From Dehalococcoidia bacterium (GTDB taxonomy: Bacteria > Chloroflexota > Dehalococcoidia > Lucifugimonadales > JAAXIE01): 64,000 nt of DNA. The DNA is taken from NCBI GenBank assembly GCA_965204245.1, contig CBDBED010000007.1, positions 119,535-183,534 on the forward strand. The letters run 5' to 3'. Below, piece by piece: positions 46,992 to 56,476 of the stretch (the stretch's first letter is position 1; every line of letters starts with the position of its first letter). A program made the translations under genes and the position numbers. The notes beneath the pieces were generated by a model. That model was given only the letters and a program-made list of their open reading frames with translations, did not search any database and was not told the DNA's origin.

Positions 46992-47861
46992 TCACCTCGT
47001 CATCGACGGCGCACCCGCCACCGGCAACTCATGGGCGGACCACCGGCCAGCCTCCACCGCAGTCAGAAAGTCCAGCACGACCCGGTTGTACAGGTCAGGC
47101 TCCTCCAGATTGATGGTATGCCCCGACTGCGGCAGCACCGAAAGCCCAGCCGTCGGTATGTTCCGCTTCATAAACACCGCGGCGTCTACGCAAGGCTCAT
47201 CCTCATCCCCAATCATGATCAGGGTCGGCACCGTCAGCCTGTTCATCCGCTCTTTCAAATCGAAGATGGACGGCCTCTTGATCTGCACGCCCCGGAACGT
47301 GTTCGCAGCCCCGATGGAAGAGTGCTCCGCCAGCGCATCCCGAAACTCCTGCCAGCCCATCGGGTCCTTCCTCTGGAACTGTATCCGTGCCGGCCCCGTC
47401 GCATAATCGTCCGCCACCACGTTCATCCCCTCACTCTCGAACCGCTTGGCATTGGCCTCCGCCTCCGCCTTCCAAGCCTCCGAGTTCACCGACCCGCTAC
47501 CCGCAGCCGCCACAATCAATGAACGGCACATCTCCGGATGAGTCAACCCAAAGTGCAGCGCAAGGCTCCCCCCCATCGACAACCCGCCTATGTGTCCCTG
47601 CTGAACCCCCAAGTGCGCCAGCAACGCCCGCAGGTCCTCCACCGCTTGCTCCTGCGTATACGCCGAAACGTCCTCAGGAACATCTGACGGCGGATATCCA
47701 CGGGCATTGTAGGTGATCACTTGGTAGCGACGCGCGAAGAACCGCACTTGCGACTCCCAGCTACGATAGTCCCCCGCAAATTCATGCGCCCATACCAACG
47801 GATACCCCTCGCCTGTCACCTCGTAATACAGCTTGACACCATCCACGGACACATAGGGCAT
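46992..47861 (-). CDS. alpha/beta hydrolase
   Basis: I chose the ATG at 47861, which has GGAGAG 4 nt upstream. HEFAGD and GLSMGG motifs. Confidence 0.85.
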   Translation of the reverse strand: MPYVSVDGVKLYYEVTGEGYPLVWAHEFAGDYRSWESQVRFFARRYQVITYNARGYPPSDVPEDVSAYTQEQAVEDLRALLAHLGVQQGHIGGLSMGGSLALHFGLTHPEMCRSLIVAAAGSGSVNSEAWKAEAEANAKRFESEGMNVVADDYATGPARIQFQRKDPMGWQEFRDALAEHSSIGAANTFRGVQIKRPSIFDLKERMNRLTVPTLIMIGDEDEPCVDAAVFMKRNIPTAGLSVLPQSGHTINLEEPDLYNRVVLDFLTAVEAGRWSAHELPVAGAPSMTR

Positions 47862-47954
47862 GTTGCTCTCCACACCGTTCAGATTTGCCCCGATTATACC
47901 TTACCCGTTTCCGCGGATGATAAGCTGTCATCGATACACAGGCTGGGGGACGAC

Positions 47955-48293
47955 ATGGCAGCGCGGGAAAAGAAGCAAAAGACCTTCGAATACCACTGGG
48001 GCAGCGGCTACATCGCGGAAGAAGCCCAGGTCGAAACGCCCTGGGACATACCCACACTGCAACTCATGAAATACACCGACGGAGATGCTGCGGGGCAAGT
48101 GGTCGTGCGCTTCTGTCACTACAGCTACGAAGGGCGCTTCCGCAGATCACCCCTGATGTTATCGGAAGAGGCTATAGACGACATGCGCCTCGCGCTGCGG
48201 ACAACTCCCGAACTGCGTGAGCTTCTCCGCCGCATGCTCGACGACCCTGAGTACGACCCAATGATGGGGGTCGAAGCAGAACCGCAAAGCTAG
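47955..48293 (+). CDS. hypothetical protein
   Basis: 112-aa ORF from the ATG at 47955. No recognisable domain. It is convergent with and abuts minE. Confidence 0.45.
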   Translation: MAAREKKQKTFEYHWGSGYIAEEAQVETPWDIPTLQLMKYTDGDAAGQVVVRFCHYSYEGRFRRSPLMLSEEAIDDMRLALRTTPELRELLRRMLDDPEYDPMMGVEAEPQS

Positions 48294-48592
48294 GCCGCTA
48301 CCATCGACTCTTCGTCCGAGTCCTCGCCTGCCGCCCCTCGGTCCAGTTTGCGCACCGGAATGTTCGACACCAGCATGATGCTGTCGCCTTCGCGGCGCAC
48401 CTGCAGTTCCATGGAGTCGGGATCCACCTGCAAATAGTTGGAGACCACCGCAACGATCTCGTTGCGCATATCCTCCATATACCGCGGAGCCAGCCCCACG
48501 CGGTCCATGACCAGCACCATGCTCAAGCGCCTCTTGGCCGTGCCGCTGGTCTTCTCCTGCTGCCGCAGGAGCTGCATCAGCTGCTTAAGCAT
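48290..48592 (-). CDS. minE: cell division topological specificity factor MinE
   Basis: AKRRLSMVLVMDR, EIVAVVSNYLQV and a position directly after minD (8-nt overlap). It has an extended acidic C-terminal tail. Confidence 0.85.
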   Translation of the reverse strand: MLKQLMQLLRQQEKTSGTAKRRLSMVLVMDRVGLAPRYMEDMRNEIVAVVSNYLQVDPDSMELQVRREGDSIMLVSNIPVRKLDRGAAGEDSDEESMVAA

Positions 48593-49409
48593 GGTACCCG
48601 TTCCCGTTCTTGCCGTTGGTACCGAAGATGTTCATGAGGCGGGACACCATCCCCTTCTTCTCATCCAAGTCGAGGAAGGGGACCTCCTCCCCATCGAGGC
48701 GGGCCGCTATTCGCCGGAAAGCCTCGCCGGACAGTGATTTGTTGTCGTGGACTACCGGCAACCCTTTGTTGGTAGCGACTATCACCTGCGAATCGTCCGG
48801 GACGACACCAATAACGCGCACCGAGAGCAGGCTCAGCACATCTTCCTTGTCCATCATGTCGCCCTCGGAGACCATCTTGGGCCTGACCCGGTTAATCACC
48901 AGGTCAGGCGTGCCGATGGACGAAGCTTCCAGCAGGCCAATCACCCTGTCCGCATCCCGCACCGCTGACACCTCGGGCGTCGTGACCACTATGGCAGCGT
49001 CAGACGCAGCCACGGCATTCTGGAAGCCTCGTTCAATACCGGCAGGACAATCGACTATTACGTAGTCGAAGTCCTCCTTCAAACGGTTGCACAGTTCCCT
49101 CAACTGCTCCGGCTCTAGTGAGTTCTTATCCCTCGTCTGAGCAGCAGGTATCAGGTACAACTCCTTGGCATGCTTGTCGCGGATCATGGCTTGGTGCATC
49201 TTGCATGTCCCCTCCACCACATCCACCAAGTCATACACAATCCTGTTCTCCAGCCCCATCACCACATCCAGATTGCGCAGACCAATATCGGTATCTATAA
49301 CGACCACTTTGTTATCGCGGAGAGCCAGGGCAGTCCCTAGGTTCGCCGTAGCTGTCGTCTTTCCTACCCCTCCCTTCCCCGAGGTCACAACAATGGTCTT
49401 TCCCATCAC
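48585..49409 (-). CDS. minD: septum site-determining ATPase MinD
   Basis: Deviant Walker A SGKGGVGKTT, DTDIGLRNLD, and the amphipathic C-terminal region. Confidence 0.95.
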   Translation of the reverse strand: MMGKTIVVTSGKGGVGKTTATANLGTALALRDNKVVVIDTDIGLRNLDVVMGLENRIVYDLVDVVEGTCKMHQAMIRDKHAKELYLIPAAQTRDKNSLEPEQLRELCNRLKEDFDYVIVDCPAGIERGFQNAVAASDAAIVVTTPEVSAVRDADRVIGLLEASSIGTPDLVINRVRPKMVSEGDMMDKEDVLSLLSVRVIGVVPDDSQVIVATNKGLPVVHDNKSLSGEAFRRIAARLDGEEVPFLDLDEKKGMVSRLMNIFGTNGKNGNGYHA

Positions 49410-50198
49410 TTACCCTCCATTGCCCTGAAGCTTCATTCCCTTGAATTTCCATGCTGCTGCGTCAAAAGGCTCTACAACAATCTGCCCGTTTACCAGCCTC
49501 GCCATCTGAGGCTCCTCGCCACGACGAGACTTCTTGCGCCCTAGCTCCACGGCTGTACGCCTGCTTATTCGTATCTGGCTGGCCTTTAGCGAAAGGGCAG
49601 CAATCACCGCCCCCTCATCCCCTCGTGACCCGGCTGCAGCCACACCCTTGAGCGCCCCGAACACCACCACGTCTCCCGACGCCGTCACCTGCGCTCCAGG
49701 ATTCACATCGCCCAGCACCACTATGTCGCCGTCGTGGTGCAGGTCCGATCCCGAATGGCAGTTCCCTCGCAGCACCAGCGTCCGTTCCCGGGACGGAGCA
49801 GTCTCCGGCGGCAGGATGACGGCCCTAGCCCCCAAGTACCCGGTCAAGCCCTCTTCCATGGCCTCATGGGTGGTGCGCCACTCCGACACCTGCAGCAGGT
49901 ACTCCTGCTCCAGCACAACCCTGATGCGCTCTATCTCCTCCGCGTTGGCCATCCTGTGCCCGACATCCACACTGACCTCGGCCCCCAGAAAGAATCCGGA
50001 CGTTTCGTCCAGATAGTTCTTCATCTGGCGCTCCAACTGCTCGATCGGACACTCATCGTCCAGATCAAAGTTGGCATGGCGCCCACGACCGCCTACCTTT
50101 ATTGCCGGGGATATCGATTCTTGTTTCAGCATGTGAACCGCCTGAAGTGCAGGCTTTCTTCGCGTGCCACCGCGAGACAATTTCCCTAAAAAGAACAC
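49410..50198 (-). CDS. minC: septum site-determining protein MinC
   Basis: The C-terminal beta-helix motif is HDGDIVVLGDVNPGAQVTASGDVVVFGALKG. It abuts the minD start. The start is ambiguous (GTG 50198 or ATG 50132). Confidence 0.8.
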   Translation of the reverse strand: MFFLGKLSRGGTRRKPALQAVHMLKQESISPAIKVGGRGRHANFDLDDECPIEQLERQMKNYLDETSGFFLGAEVSVDVGHRMANAEEIERIRVVLEQEYLLQVSEWRTTHEAMEEGLTGYLGARAVILPPETAPSRERTLVLRGNCHSGSDLHHDGDIVVLGDVNPGAQVTASGDVVVFGALKGVAAAGSRGDEGAVIAALSLKASQIRISRRTAVELGRKKSRRGEEPQMARLVNGQIVVEPFDAAAWKFKGMKLQGNGG

Positions 50199-50335
50199 GG
50201 CTCCATGCGCTAATGTAGTAGCAGGAGCCGTGGAAATGCCTATGAGTTGTGGTGCGAGTTCACACCATTTTTATGACAACTTACCCTGTTCGCTCTCCTC
50301 CGTTAGTCTGGCCGGGCAAGACCTTCGCCACATCC

Positions 50336-52087
50336 CTATCTAGCAAAGGCATACGAATCGCGACGAGGGTCCGCTCCACCGCTCAACATACCCCGCTCAC
50401 GGTCCACCACGATGGCGCTCAGGCTCCCCATGCGCCCCGTGAAGTCGTCCCACACCTGCACCTTGTGCCCGCGTCGCGCCAACTCGTCCGACACGGCCGG
50501 GGAGATGCGCCCCTCCACTCCCACCATTGCGGGCAGGTATGTATGGGGCCAGAACGAGTTCGGGAAGCTCCATGTCGCAAACCGCGGTGCCTCCACCGCC
50601 TGTTGCGGGTCCATCCCGTGCTCCACAACGTTCAGGAACAACTGCACCATCGACTGGCACTGCACGTCACCGCCCGGCGTCCCAAACGTCATCCAAGGCT
50701 TCCCGTCCCGCATCGCCATTGCCGGGTTGGGCGTCAGTCTCGGCCTCTTCCCCGGCGCAAGGGAGGACGGATGGTCCTCATCCAGCCAGGACTGCGACCC
50801 GCGCGACGACAGGATGAAGCCCAACCCCGGAACAACCGGCGAAGTCGGCAACGTATCGCTGGGCGTAGCCGAGAAGGCATTCCCCCAGCGGTCAATCACG
50901 CACGTATAGCTCGTATCTCCAGCCCCGCCATCCCCCGTAGGCACCAACTCGCCCTGGGGTATCTCCCGGTAGGTGCGCATCAGACGCGGGTCACCCGGCT
51001 CCGGCATTCCGGGGAACGCCGACCGCGGGTCAATCGCTTGACTCCGAATGGACGCATACCTCCTCGACATCAAGCCATCCATTGGCACATCCACGAAGTC
51101 CGGGTCGCCATAGTAAGCATGCCTGTCCGAGTACGCCAGCTTCAGGGCCTCAATCACATGATGGGCATAGTCCGCACCGTTATATTCCATCGAGGCTAGG
51201 TCAACGGCCTCCAGCATCTGCAAGGCCTGAATCACCACCGGTCCTTGACACCACGGCCCGCAGGTCAGCACATCAATACCCTTGTAGCTACCTGCCGCCG
51301 GGGCCTCCACCTTCACGCTGAACTCCGCCAAGTCCTCCATCGACAGCAGCCCGCCCTGCTCTTGGCAGAACCGCACCATATCCTCAGCAATGTCACCCTT
51401 ATAGAAAAGGTCCCGCGCAGCCTGTATCGCTCCCTCGCGCCCCAGAGGACTCGCCCTCCGCTCCGCATCAATCATCCGCTGGAACGTGTTCGCCAAGTCC
51501 TGCTGTATCAGCACATCACCCGTGTTCAAGGGCTTCCCGTTGGGGAAGAACAGGCTGTTGGTGGATGTCCACCCTTCCATCGCGTCCATGTCGGCGCTCA
51601 GGTAGTCCAGCCGTCCATCCAAAGCCTCGGCCAAAGTGTACGAGATGGGGAACCCCTTCGCTGCGATCTCCAGCGACGGCCCCGCCACCTGCTCGAAACT
51701 CATCGTCCCATACAACCGCAAGGCCGTCAGCCAAGCATCCACCGCCGATGGGACGACGGTTCGCATGATGCCTTCCGGCATGTCCCCGCCATACCGCTGC
51801 CGGAACAACTCAATGCTGGCAGCCTTGGGCCAGCCGCCCAGCCCGCTTATGGTGACTGTCTCATTCTTCTCCGCATGGTGCAGGATGATCGGCGCCACCC
51901 CGCCAAAGCTGGTGTACTGCGGCAGCACAGTGTTGATCGCGATGCCCGACGCCACACCTGCATCTATGGCATTACCCCCCTCCTCCAGAATCCGGAACCC
52001 GGCTTGGGCCGCCAACTGGTGCCCCGATGACACCACATGGGTCACACCGCTGGCTGGGGGTCGGTAGCTCGGTATCCCTAGTGCCAT
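50336..52087 (-). CDS. ggt: gamma-glutamyltransferase family protein
   Basis: I chose the ATG at 52087, which has AGGAGG 6-7 nt upstream. GGNAIDAGVA and the autoprocessing region GDTSYTCVIDRWGNA are present. Confidence 0.9.
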   Translation of the reverse strand: MALGIPSYRPPASGVTHVVSSGHQLAAQAGFRILEEGGNAIDAGVASGIAINTVLPQYTSFGGVAPIILHHAEKNETVTISGLGGWPKAASIELFRQRYGGDMPEGIMRTVVPSAVDAWLTALRLYGTMSFEQVAGPSLEIAAKGFPISYTLAEALDGRLDYLSADMDAMEGWTSTNSLFFPNGKPLNTGDVLIQQDLANTFQRMIDAERRASPLGREGAIQAARDLFYKGDIAEDMVRFCQEQGGLLSMEDLAEFSVKVEAPAAGSYKGIDVLTCGPWCQGPVVIQALQMLEAVDLASMEYNGADYAHHVIEALKLAYSDRHAYYGDPDFVDVPMDGLMSRRYASIRSQAIDPRSAFPGMPEPGDPRLMRTYREIPQGELVPTGDGGAGDTSYTCVIDRWGNAFSATPSDTLPTSPVVPGLGFILSSRGSQSWLDEDHPSSLAPGKRPRLTPNPAMAMRDGKPWMTFGTPGGDVQCQSMVQLFLNVVEHGMDPQQAVEAPRFATWSFPNSFWPHTYLPAMVGVEGRISPAVSDELARRGHKVQVWDDFTGRMGSLSAIVVDRERGMLSGGADPRRDSYAFAR

Positions 52088-52155
52088 CTCTCGCCTCCTG
52101 AAGTCCTTCTCTAATCGATTACGCCGCCAATGGGTCGATTGCGCTGCCACTGGGC

Positions 52156-53043
52156 CTACTTGGCCGGCATGTGCTTCCCATACCAGTGGAGGGAGTGCGT
52201 CATCACCTCCTCGAAAGCAGGCCCCTCATACACCTCATAGTGGCTGTAGTCCTTGAGTACCACCAGTTCCTTGGGCTCTCCCGCCTTGGCATACATCTCC
52301 TCCGACTCCTCCGGCAGCACCAAGCGGTCATTGTCCGTCGTTATGAACATGATTGGCGTTGGAGCCACCTTGTCCACCACCCACTCGGGATTGAACCCCA
52401 ATGTATCGTCCACATACTCCAAGGGCACTTCACTGACGGCCGATGGATTGTTTGCCCGCTGCGCCGCCGCCAGTTCCGCTGAATGCCGGTCGGCCAGCAG
52501 CACGGAACCACGGTCAACAAACTCCGACTCCCCCGTCATCACCCGCCGCTCCCTGTCCTTCTTCGACATCTTCTGCAAGTCATGCCATTCATCCGGCCGT
52601 CGCACCCGGCTCATCCACCGCTCGCCGTTCCCCACGCCCACCACGCTCACTATGCAGCGTGCCCGTCGGTCAATCGCCCCCACCCAGGTAACCGTGGACC
52701 CGCCATAGCTGGTGCCAAACAACCCAATCCGCTCCGGATCGACCTCCGGCTGCAACGTCAGAAACGTCATCGCCGCCTGCACATCCGCCACCCGGCTGTA
52801 TGGCGCCAATCGTGTCCGCGGCCCCTCGCTCTCCCCCCATCCCTTGTAGTCGAATGTCATCGCCACATAACCCGCCCGGTTCAGCGCCTCGGCATTGGAC
52901 GGCAGGTAGAGGTTCTTGACCCCCGTGTACCCATGACACAAGAGTACGGCCGCCCGTCTCTCCCCCGCCTTCCGGTCATCGGGCAGATACAGGTCGGCAT
53001 CGAGTTTGTACCCTTCACTGTAAAAGCAGACTGATCGTTTCAT
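52156..53043 (-). CDS. alpha/beta hydrolase (dienelactone hydrolase/peptidase S9-like)
   Basis: LLCHGYTG and GTSYGG nucleophile elbow. 295 aa. Confidence 0.8.
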   Translation of the reverse strand: MKRSVCFYSEGYKLDADLYLPDDRKAGERRAAVLLCHGYTGVKNLYLPSNAEALNRAGYVAMTFDYKGWGESEGPRTRLAPYSRVADVQAAMTFLTLQPEVDPERIGLFGTSYGGSTVTWVGAIDRRARCIVSVVGVGNGERWMSRVRRPDEWHDLQKMSKKDRERRVMTGESEFVDRGSVLLADRHSAELAAAQRANNPSAVSEVPLEYVDDTLGFNPEWVVDKVAPTPIMFITTDNDRLVLPEESEEMYAKAGEPKELVVLKDYSHYEVYEGPAFEEVMTHSLHWYGKHMPAK

Positions 53044-53194
53044 GATGGTGTTCCGTCGAAGAAAATGATGTTTTGGACGGCGTTTCGCCCAAGTTTGACT
53101 AGCATCGGACTATATCTGAAAATGCACTACCCGTCAAAAACTCCATCGCGAGCGCACGCCCCCGCTAACCCCCATCCCGTCACCGAGGAACGCA

Positions 53195-54436
53195 TTGAAC
53201 GCTGAGATTGTCGCCATAGGATCAGAACTCCTCTTAGGCCAGATCGTAGACACCAACTCCGCTTGGATGGCCCAGCAACTCGCCCCCCTCGGGGTCAACC
53301 TCCTCTACAAGACCGTCGTTGGCGACAACCCCGGCCGCATGCGCGAGGTCCTCTCTCGCGCCATGGAACGCTCCGATGCCGTCATCACCTCCGGCGGCAT
53401 AGGCCCCACCCAAGACGACCTCACCCGCGAGATCGTCGCCGAAATCACCAACCGCGAACTCATCCGCGACCCCAACCTCGTCGCCCAGATCGAAGAGCGC
53501 TTCCACCGCCGCAACCTCATCACCACCCCCAACAACCTCAAGCAGGCCGACATCCCCGCCGGTGCCATCCCTGTCGAAAACCCCAATGGCACAGCCCCCT
53601 CCTTCATCGTCGAACAGTCCAACTCAGTAATCATCTGCCTCCCCGGCGTCCCCTTCGAGATGAAATGGCTCTTCGATAACGAGGTCATCCCCTACCTCCG
53701 CCAGCGTTTCGGCCTCAACGAGGTCATCCTCTCCCGCGTCCTCAAGGTCTCCGACCTCGGCGAAAGCTCCGTCGACGACCGCATAGGCCACCTCATGGCC
53801 GACCTCTCCAACCCCACCGTCGGCGTCCTTGCCCACCCCGGCCAAGTCGACGTCCGCATCACCGCCAAGGCCGCCAACGACGACGAAGCCCGCACCCTCA
53901 TCGACCCCGTAGAATCCGAAGTCCGCGACCTCCTCGGCCGCCACATCTTCGCCACCGACGACCAGACCATGGAGGACGCAGTAGGCCACCTCCTCCGCCA
54001 GAAAGGCGCCACAGTCGCCGTCTACGAAGACGTAACCGCAGGCATGGTCGCCGAGCGCATCCTCCGCGCCGCCAACGACCTCTTCATCGAAGGCACCGTT
54101 GCCAACGGCACATCATCCCTCAAACGAGTCCTCGACCCCAACCTCGAAGCCCACCAACTCGCCTACCTCCTACGCGACCGCTCCCTCCTCACCCCCGAAC
54201 TCGCCCGCTCCGCCATGGCCCGCTCCGAGGCCGACATCGGCATCGCCGTCCACGTAGTCCCCGAAGGCGACCCCCTCGTCGAAAACCTCGGCACCGGCAA
54301 GACCTTCATGTCCGTCGCCACCTCCTCCGGCATCCGCAACCGCGTCTACCAGACCGCAGGCCGCGGCATCCCCGACCGCACCCGCGCCTCCCTCAACGCC
54401 CTCGACCTCCTCCGCACCACCCTCCTCGAGGAGTAG
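53195..54436 (+). CDS. cinA: full-length CinA (MoCF-binding domain plus CinA/PncC-like C-terminal domain)
   Basis: AEIVAIGSELLLGQIVDTNS and TSGGIGPTQDDLT motifs. TTG start. The C-terminal domain looks degenerate (YEDVTAGMVA instead of the usual ESxTGG). Confidence 0.85.
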   Translation: MNAEIVAIGSELLLGQIVDTNSAWMAQQLAPLGVNLLYKTVVGDNPGRMREVLSRAMERSDAVITSGGIGPTQDDLTREIVAEITNRELIRDPNLVAQIEERFHRRNLITTPNNLKQADIPAGAIPVENPNGTAPSFIVEQSNSVIICLPGVPFEMKWLFDNEVIPYLRQRFGLNEVILSRVLKVSDLGESSVDDRIGHLMADLSNPTVGVLAHPGQVDVRITAKAANDDEARTLIDPVESEVRDLLGRHIFATDDQTMEDAVGHLLRQKGATVAVYEDVTAGMVAERILRAANDLFIEGTVANGTSSLKRVLDPNLEAHQLAYLLRDRSLLTPELARSAMARSEADIGIAVHVVPEGDPLVENLGTGKTFMSVATSSGIRNRVYQTAGRGIPDRTRASLNALDLLRTTLLEE

Positions 54437-54495
54437 GGAACATCGAATAGGCCGGTTTCAGAGCCCATTCCACTGCCCTAGGAAGCCACCCACAT

Positions 54496-54504
54496 TGATA
54501 TACT
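54496..54504 (+). promoter_or_regulatory. extended -10 promoter (TGaTATACT) placed for a leaderless transcript
   Basis: TG at 54496-54497 and TATACT at 54499-54504. The ATG of the next ORF lies 7 nt after the -10 box and has no Shine-Dalgarno sequence. Confidence 0.35.
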
Positions 54505-54510
54505 GTCCTG

Positions 54511-54900
54511 ATGAGCCAACAACACACATTCCACTCAGTCGGTGGCCCTAGCCAAGTGACGGCAATCAGCCCCAGGCTGGCCCAACGCCTTGATCAATTC
54601 CAAAACGGCTACCCGGACCGGGAGCAGGTGTCGGAATCTACACGAGCCGCAATCCACGAACTCGTTTGCTGGCTCCACAACCAGTCAGAGACTATATCCG
54701 CCACTGTGTCCGATGACGGTCTGCTTACCCTAGCCGCCGTCTTCCCCCAAGACGTGCGCGTGTACATCGAAGTCGAGAGAGACGGTAGCACCGAAGCTGC
54801 AGTGACCCGGAAGCGCCGTTACGCTCGTGACATTGCCGCCGGAAGCATTAGCGACGTCACCCCGGAGGTAGTCCTTGCAGCCGTCTCAAGTATCGGTTGA
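54511..54900 (+). CDS. hypothetical protein (first gene of an overlapping two-gene cassette)
   Basis: 129-aa ORF with no recognisable domain. By eye its GC content is lower than that of its neighbours. Confidence 0.5.
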   Translation: MSQQHTFHSVGGPSQVTAISPRLAQRLDQFQNGYPDREQVSESTRAAIHELVCWLHNQSETISATVSDDGLLTLAAVFPQDVRVYIEVERDGSTEAAVTRKRRYARDIAAGSISDVTPEVVLAAVSSIG

Positions 54901-55297
54901 AGAATGGATTTGCCGGTTCATCCTCCCAGGAGATTGGGATGATGTACTCCAGCAACCTACACCGCGAGCGTTCAGGGCCAGTGACCGTCAGTTGTCCATC
55001 TTCCATCCCACGACTGTCGAAGGAAGCGGCTCCTCTCTCCGGGACTTATGCATCGAGTACCTCAGAGGGGCCGGAGAAGCCCATCTTCAGGTAGCATCTT
55101 GCATCCAGCTAGGTCAGGGCATCTCAGACCAGTTTGATCCCAAGGTCTACTGGAGGCCGGAGACAGTCCGCGAGCCTTGGCAACAGTGGAAGGATGCCCA
55201 TGCCCAGATCGAGTCACAGGGCGGCAATACTTCCTTCCCTGCTTCATATAGGTCCCTTCTGGCCGAGAATTCTACTCACCTAAGACCCCCAGACTAA
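54875..55297 (+). CDS. hypothetical protein (second gene of the cassette)
   Basis: 140-aa ORF from a TTG that overlaps the upstream gene by 26 nt. No recognisable domain. Start uncertain. Confidence 0.45.
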   Translation: MQPSQVSVEEWICRFILPGDWDDVLQQPTPRAFRASDRQLSIFHPTTVEGSGSSLRDLCIEYLRGAGEAHLQVASCIQLGQGISDQFDPKVYWRPETVREPWQQWKDAHAQIESQGGNTSFPASYRSLLAENSTHLRPPD

Positions 55298-55349
55298 CCA
55301 TCCCAACTCTTTGTCTGGAGCCGGCTCATCCGACCCGCCCTACCCGCGA

Positions 55350-55379
55350 TTGCTACCCTGCGCCCCAGTCAAGTAGACT
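55350..55379 (+). promoter_or_regulatory. candidate promoter of the second Uma2 gene
   Basis: TTGCTA (55350-55355), an 18-nt spacer, then TAGACT (55374-55379). It shares the TCAAGTAGACT string with the promoter candidate at 56305. Confidence 0.35.
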
Positions 55380-55412
55380 GGGGTTCAACTCGCCCGCCGC
55401 GGAGGGCTCCCC

Positions 55413-56183
55413 ATGACAACACCCCAACACATCGAGGCACAGCCCCTCGACGAACCCGAAATCCCCTGGTACGACCTGATACCCGAGGTCCCCGAACCCC
55501 CGGAGGACGGCATGCAGCAGGAGCCCCTCATACACTATGTGTCGGTCATCCTCCGGACTCGCTACTGGCACGACCCCTCCGTACTCGTGGCAGGCCCCCA
55601 AACCCAGGTCGTCTACAATTCCGCTGTACCTGGCTCCTACTTGGCTCCCGACTGCCTTGTCGTGTTCGGGGTCGACGCAGCAAAGCTGCTGCGGGAGCGT
55701 CGCATCTATCGTATCGATGAATGGGGACGGCCTCCGTCCTTCGTGCTGGAAGTCGCCTCCGAGAGCACCAGAAACAACGACCTGACTACCAAGCGCCGCA
55801 TTTACGCCCAGATGGCTGCCCAGGAATACTGGCGTCTTGACGACAGGCTGGGCGAGCACTACGGCGAACCCTTGGTCGGAGAGACCCTAGTGGACGGCGA
55901 GTACCAGCGAATTGAACTCCACCGCGAAGCCAACGGCGACGTCTGGTCCCGCAGCAATGTCCTCGGAGTCGACTTCTACCATCAAGCGGAAAACGGCTTC
56001 GGACATTTCCGGCTCCGCGACAGCGCCACAGGCGAGTGGCTCAATTACCTACCCGAAGAGCGCGAAGCCCGCCTCGCCGCCGAAGCCATGGCCCGAGACG
56101 CCGAAGCCCGTAACCTCGAACTCCAAGCGGAATTGGACCTCCTGCGCCGCCAACAGCCCGGTGACACTCCAACCAGAAGCTAA
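55413..56183 (+). CDS. Uma2-family (DUF820) endonuclease with C-terminal coiled-coil tail, paralogue
   Basis: LAPDCLVVFG, YRIDEWGRPPSFVLEVASEST and YAQMAAQEYWRLD. It is collinear with 6121..6882. Confidence 0.8.
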   Translation: MTTPQHIEAQPLDEPEIPWYDLIPEVPEPPEDGMQQEPLIHYVSVILRTRYWHDPSVLVAGPQTQVVYNSAVPGSYLAPDCLVVFGVDAAKLLRERRIYRIDEWGRPPSFVLEVASESTRNNDLTTKRRIYAQMAAQEYWRLDDRLGEHYGEPLVGETLVDGEYQRIELHREANGDVWSRSNVLGVDFYHQAENGFGHFRLRDSATGEWLNYLPEEREARLAAEAMARDAEARNLELQAELDLLRRQQPGDTPTRS

Positions 56184-56304
56184 GAGTAGCCTGGCATCCC
56201 ACACCGGCTACGCCGAGACCACCCTCCAACGGCCCGAGTAAGGAAGCATCGCCCATCGTCCGCCTAGAACCCAGCCCCGCCCTATTGCCCTCCCGCCCCC
56301 ACTA

Positions 56305-56333
56305 TTGCCCCCCTACCCCCTCTCAAGTAGACT
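56305..56333 (+). promoter_or_regulatory. candidate promoter of the diiron-protein/osmC/metE-like string
   Basis: TTGCCC (56305-56310), a 17-nt spacer, then TAGACT (56328-56333). It is preceded by a direct repeat of CTATTGCCC. Confidence 0.35.
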
Positions 56334-56476
56334 ATCTCCACTTTACTCCTGAGTATTAGGCCACCCCACGGAGGACTCCCATCCAGAACCCCGACACCAC
56401 AACTTGGGGCGAAACAGACTGGGGCATCGCAGCCGCCAAGCTCGCAAGCGACGGCCTCAAGCTCGACGACCTCCTA

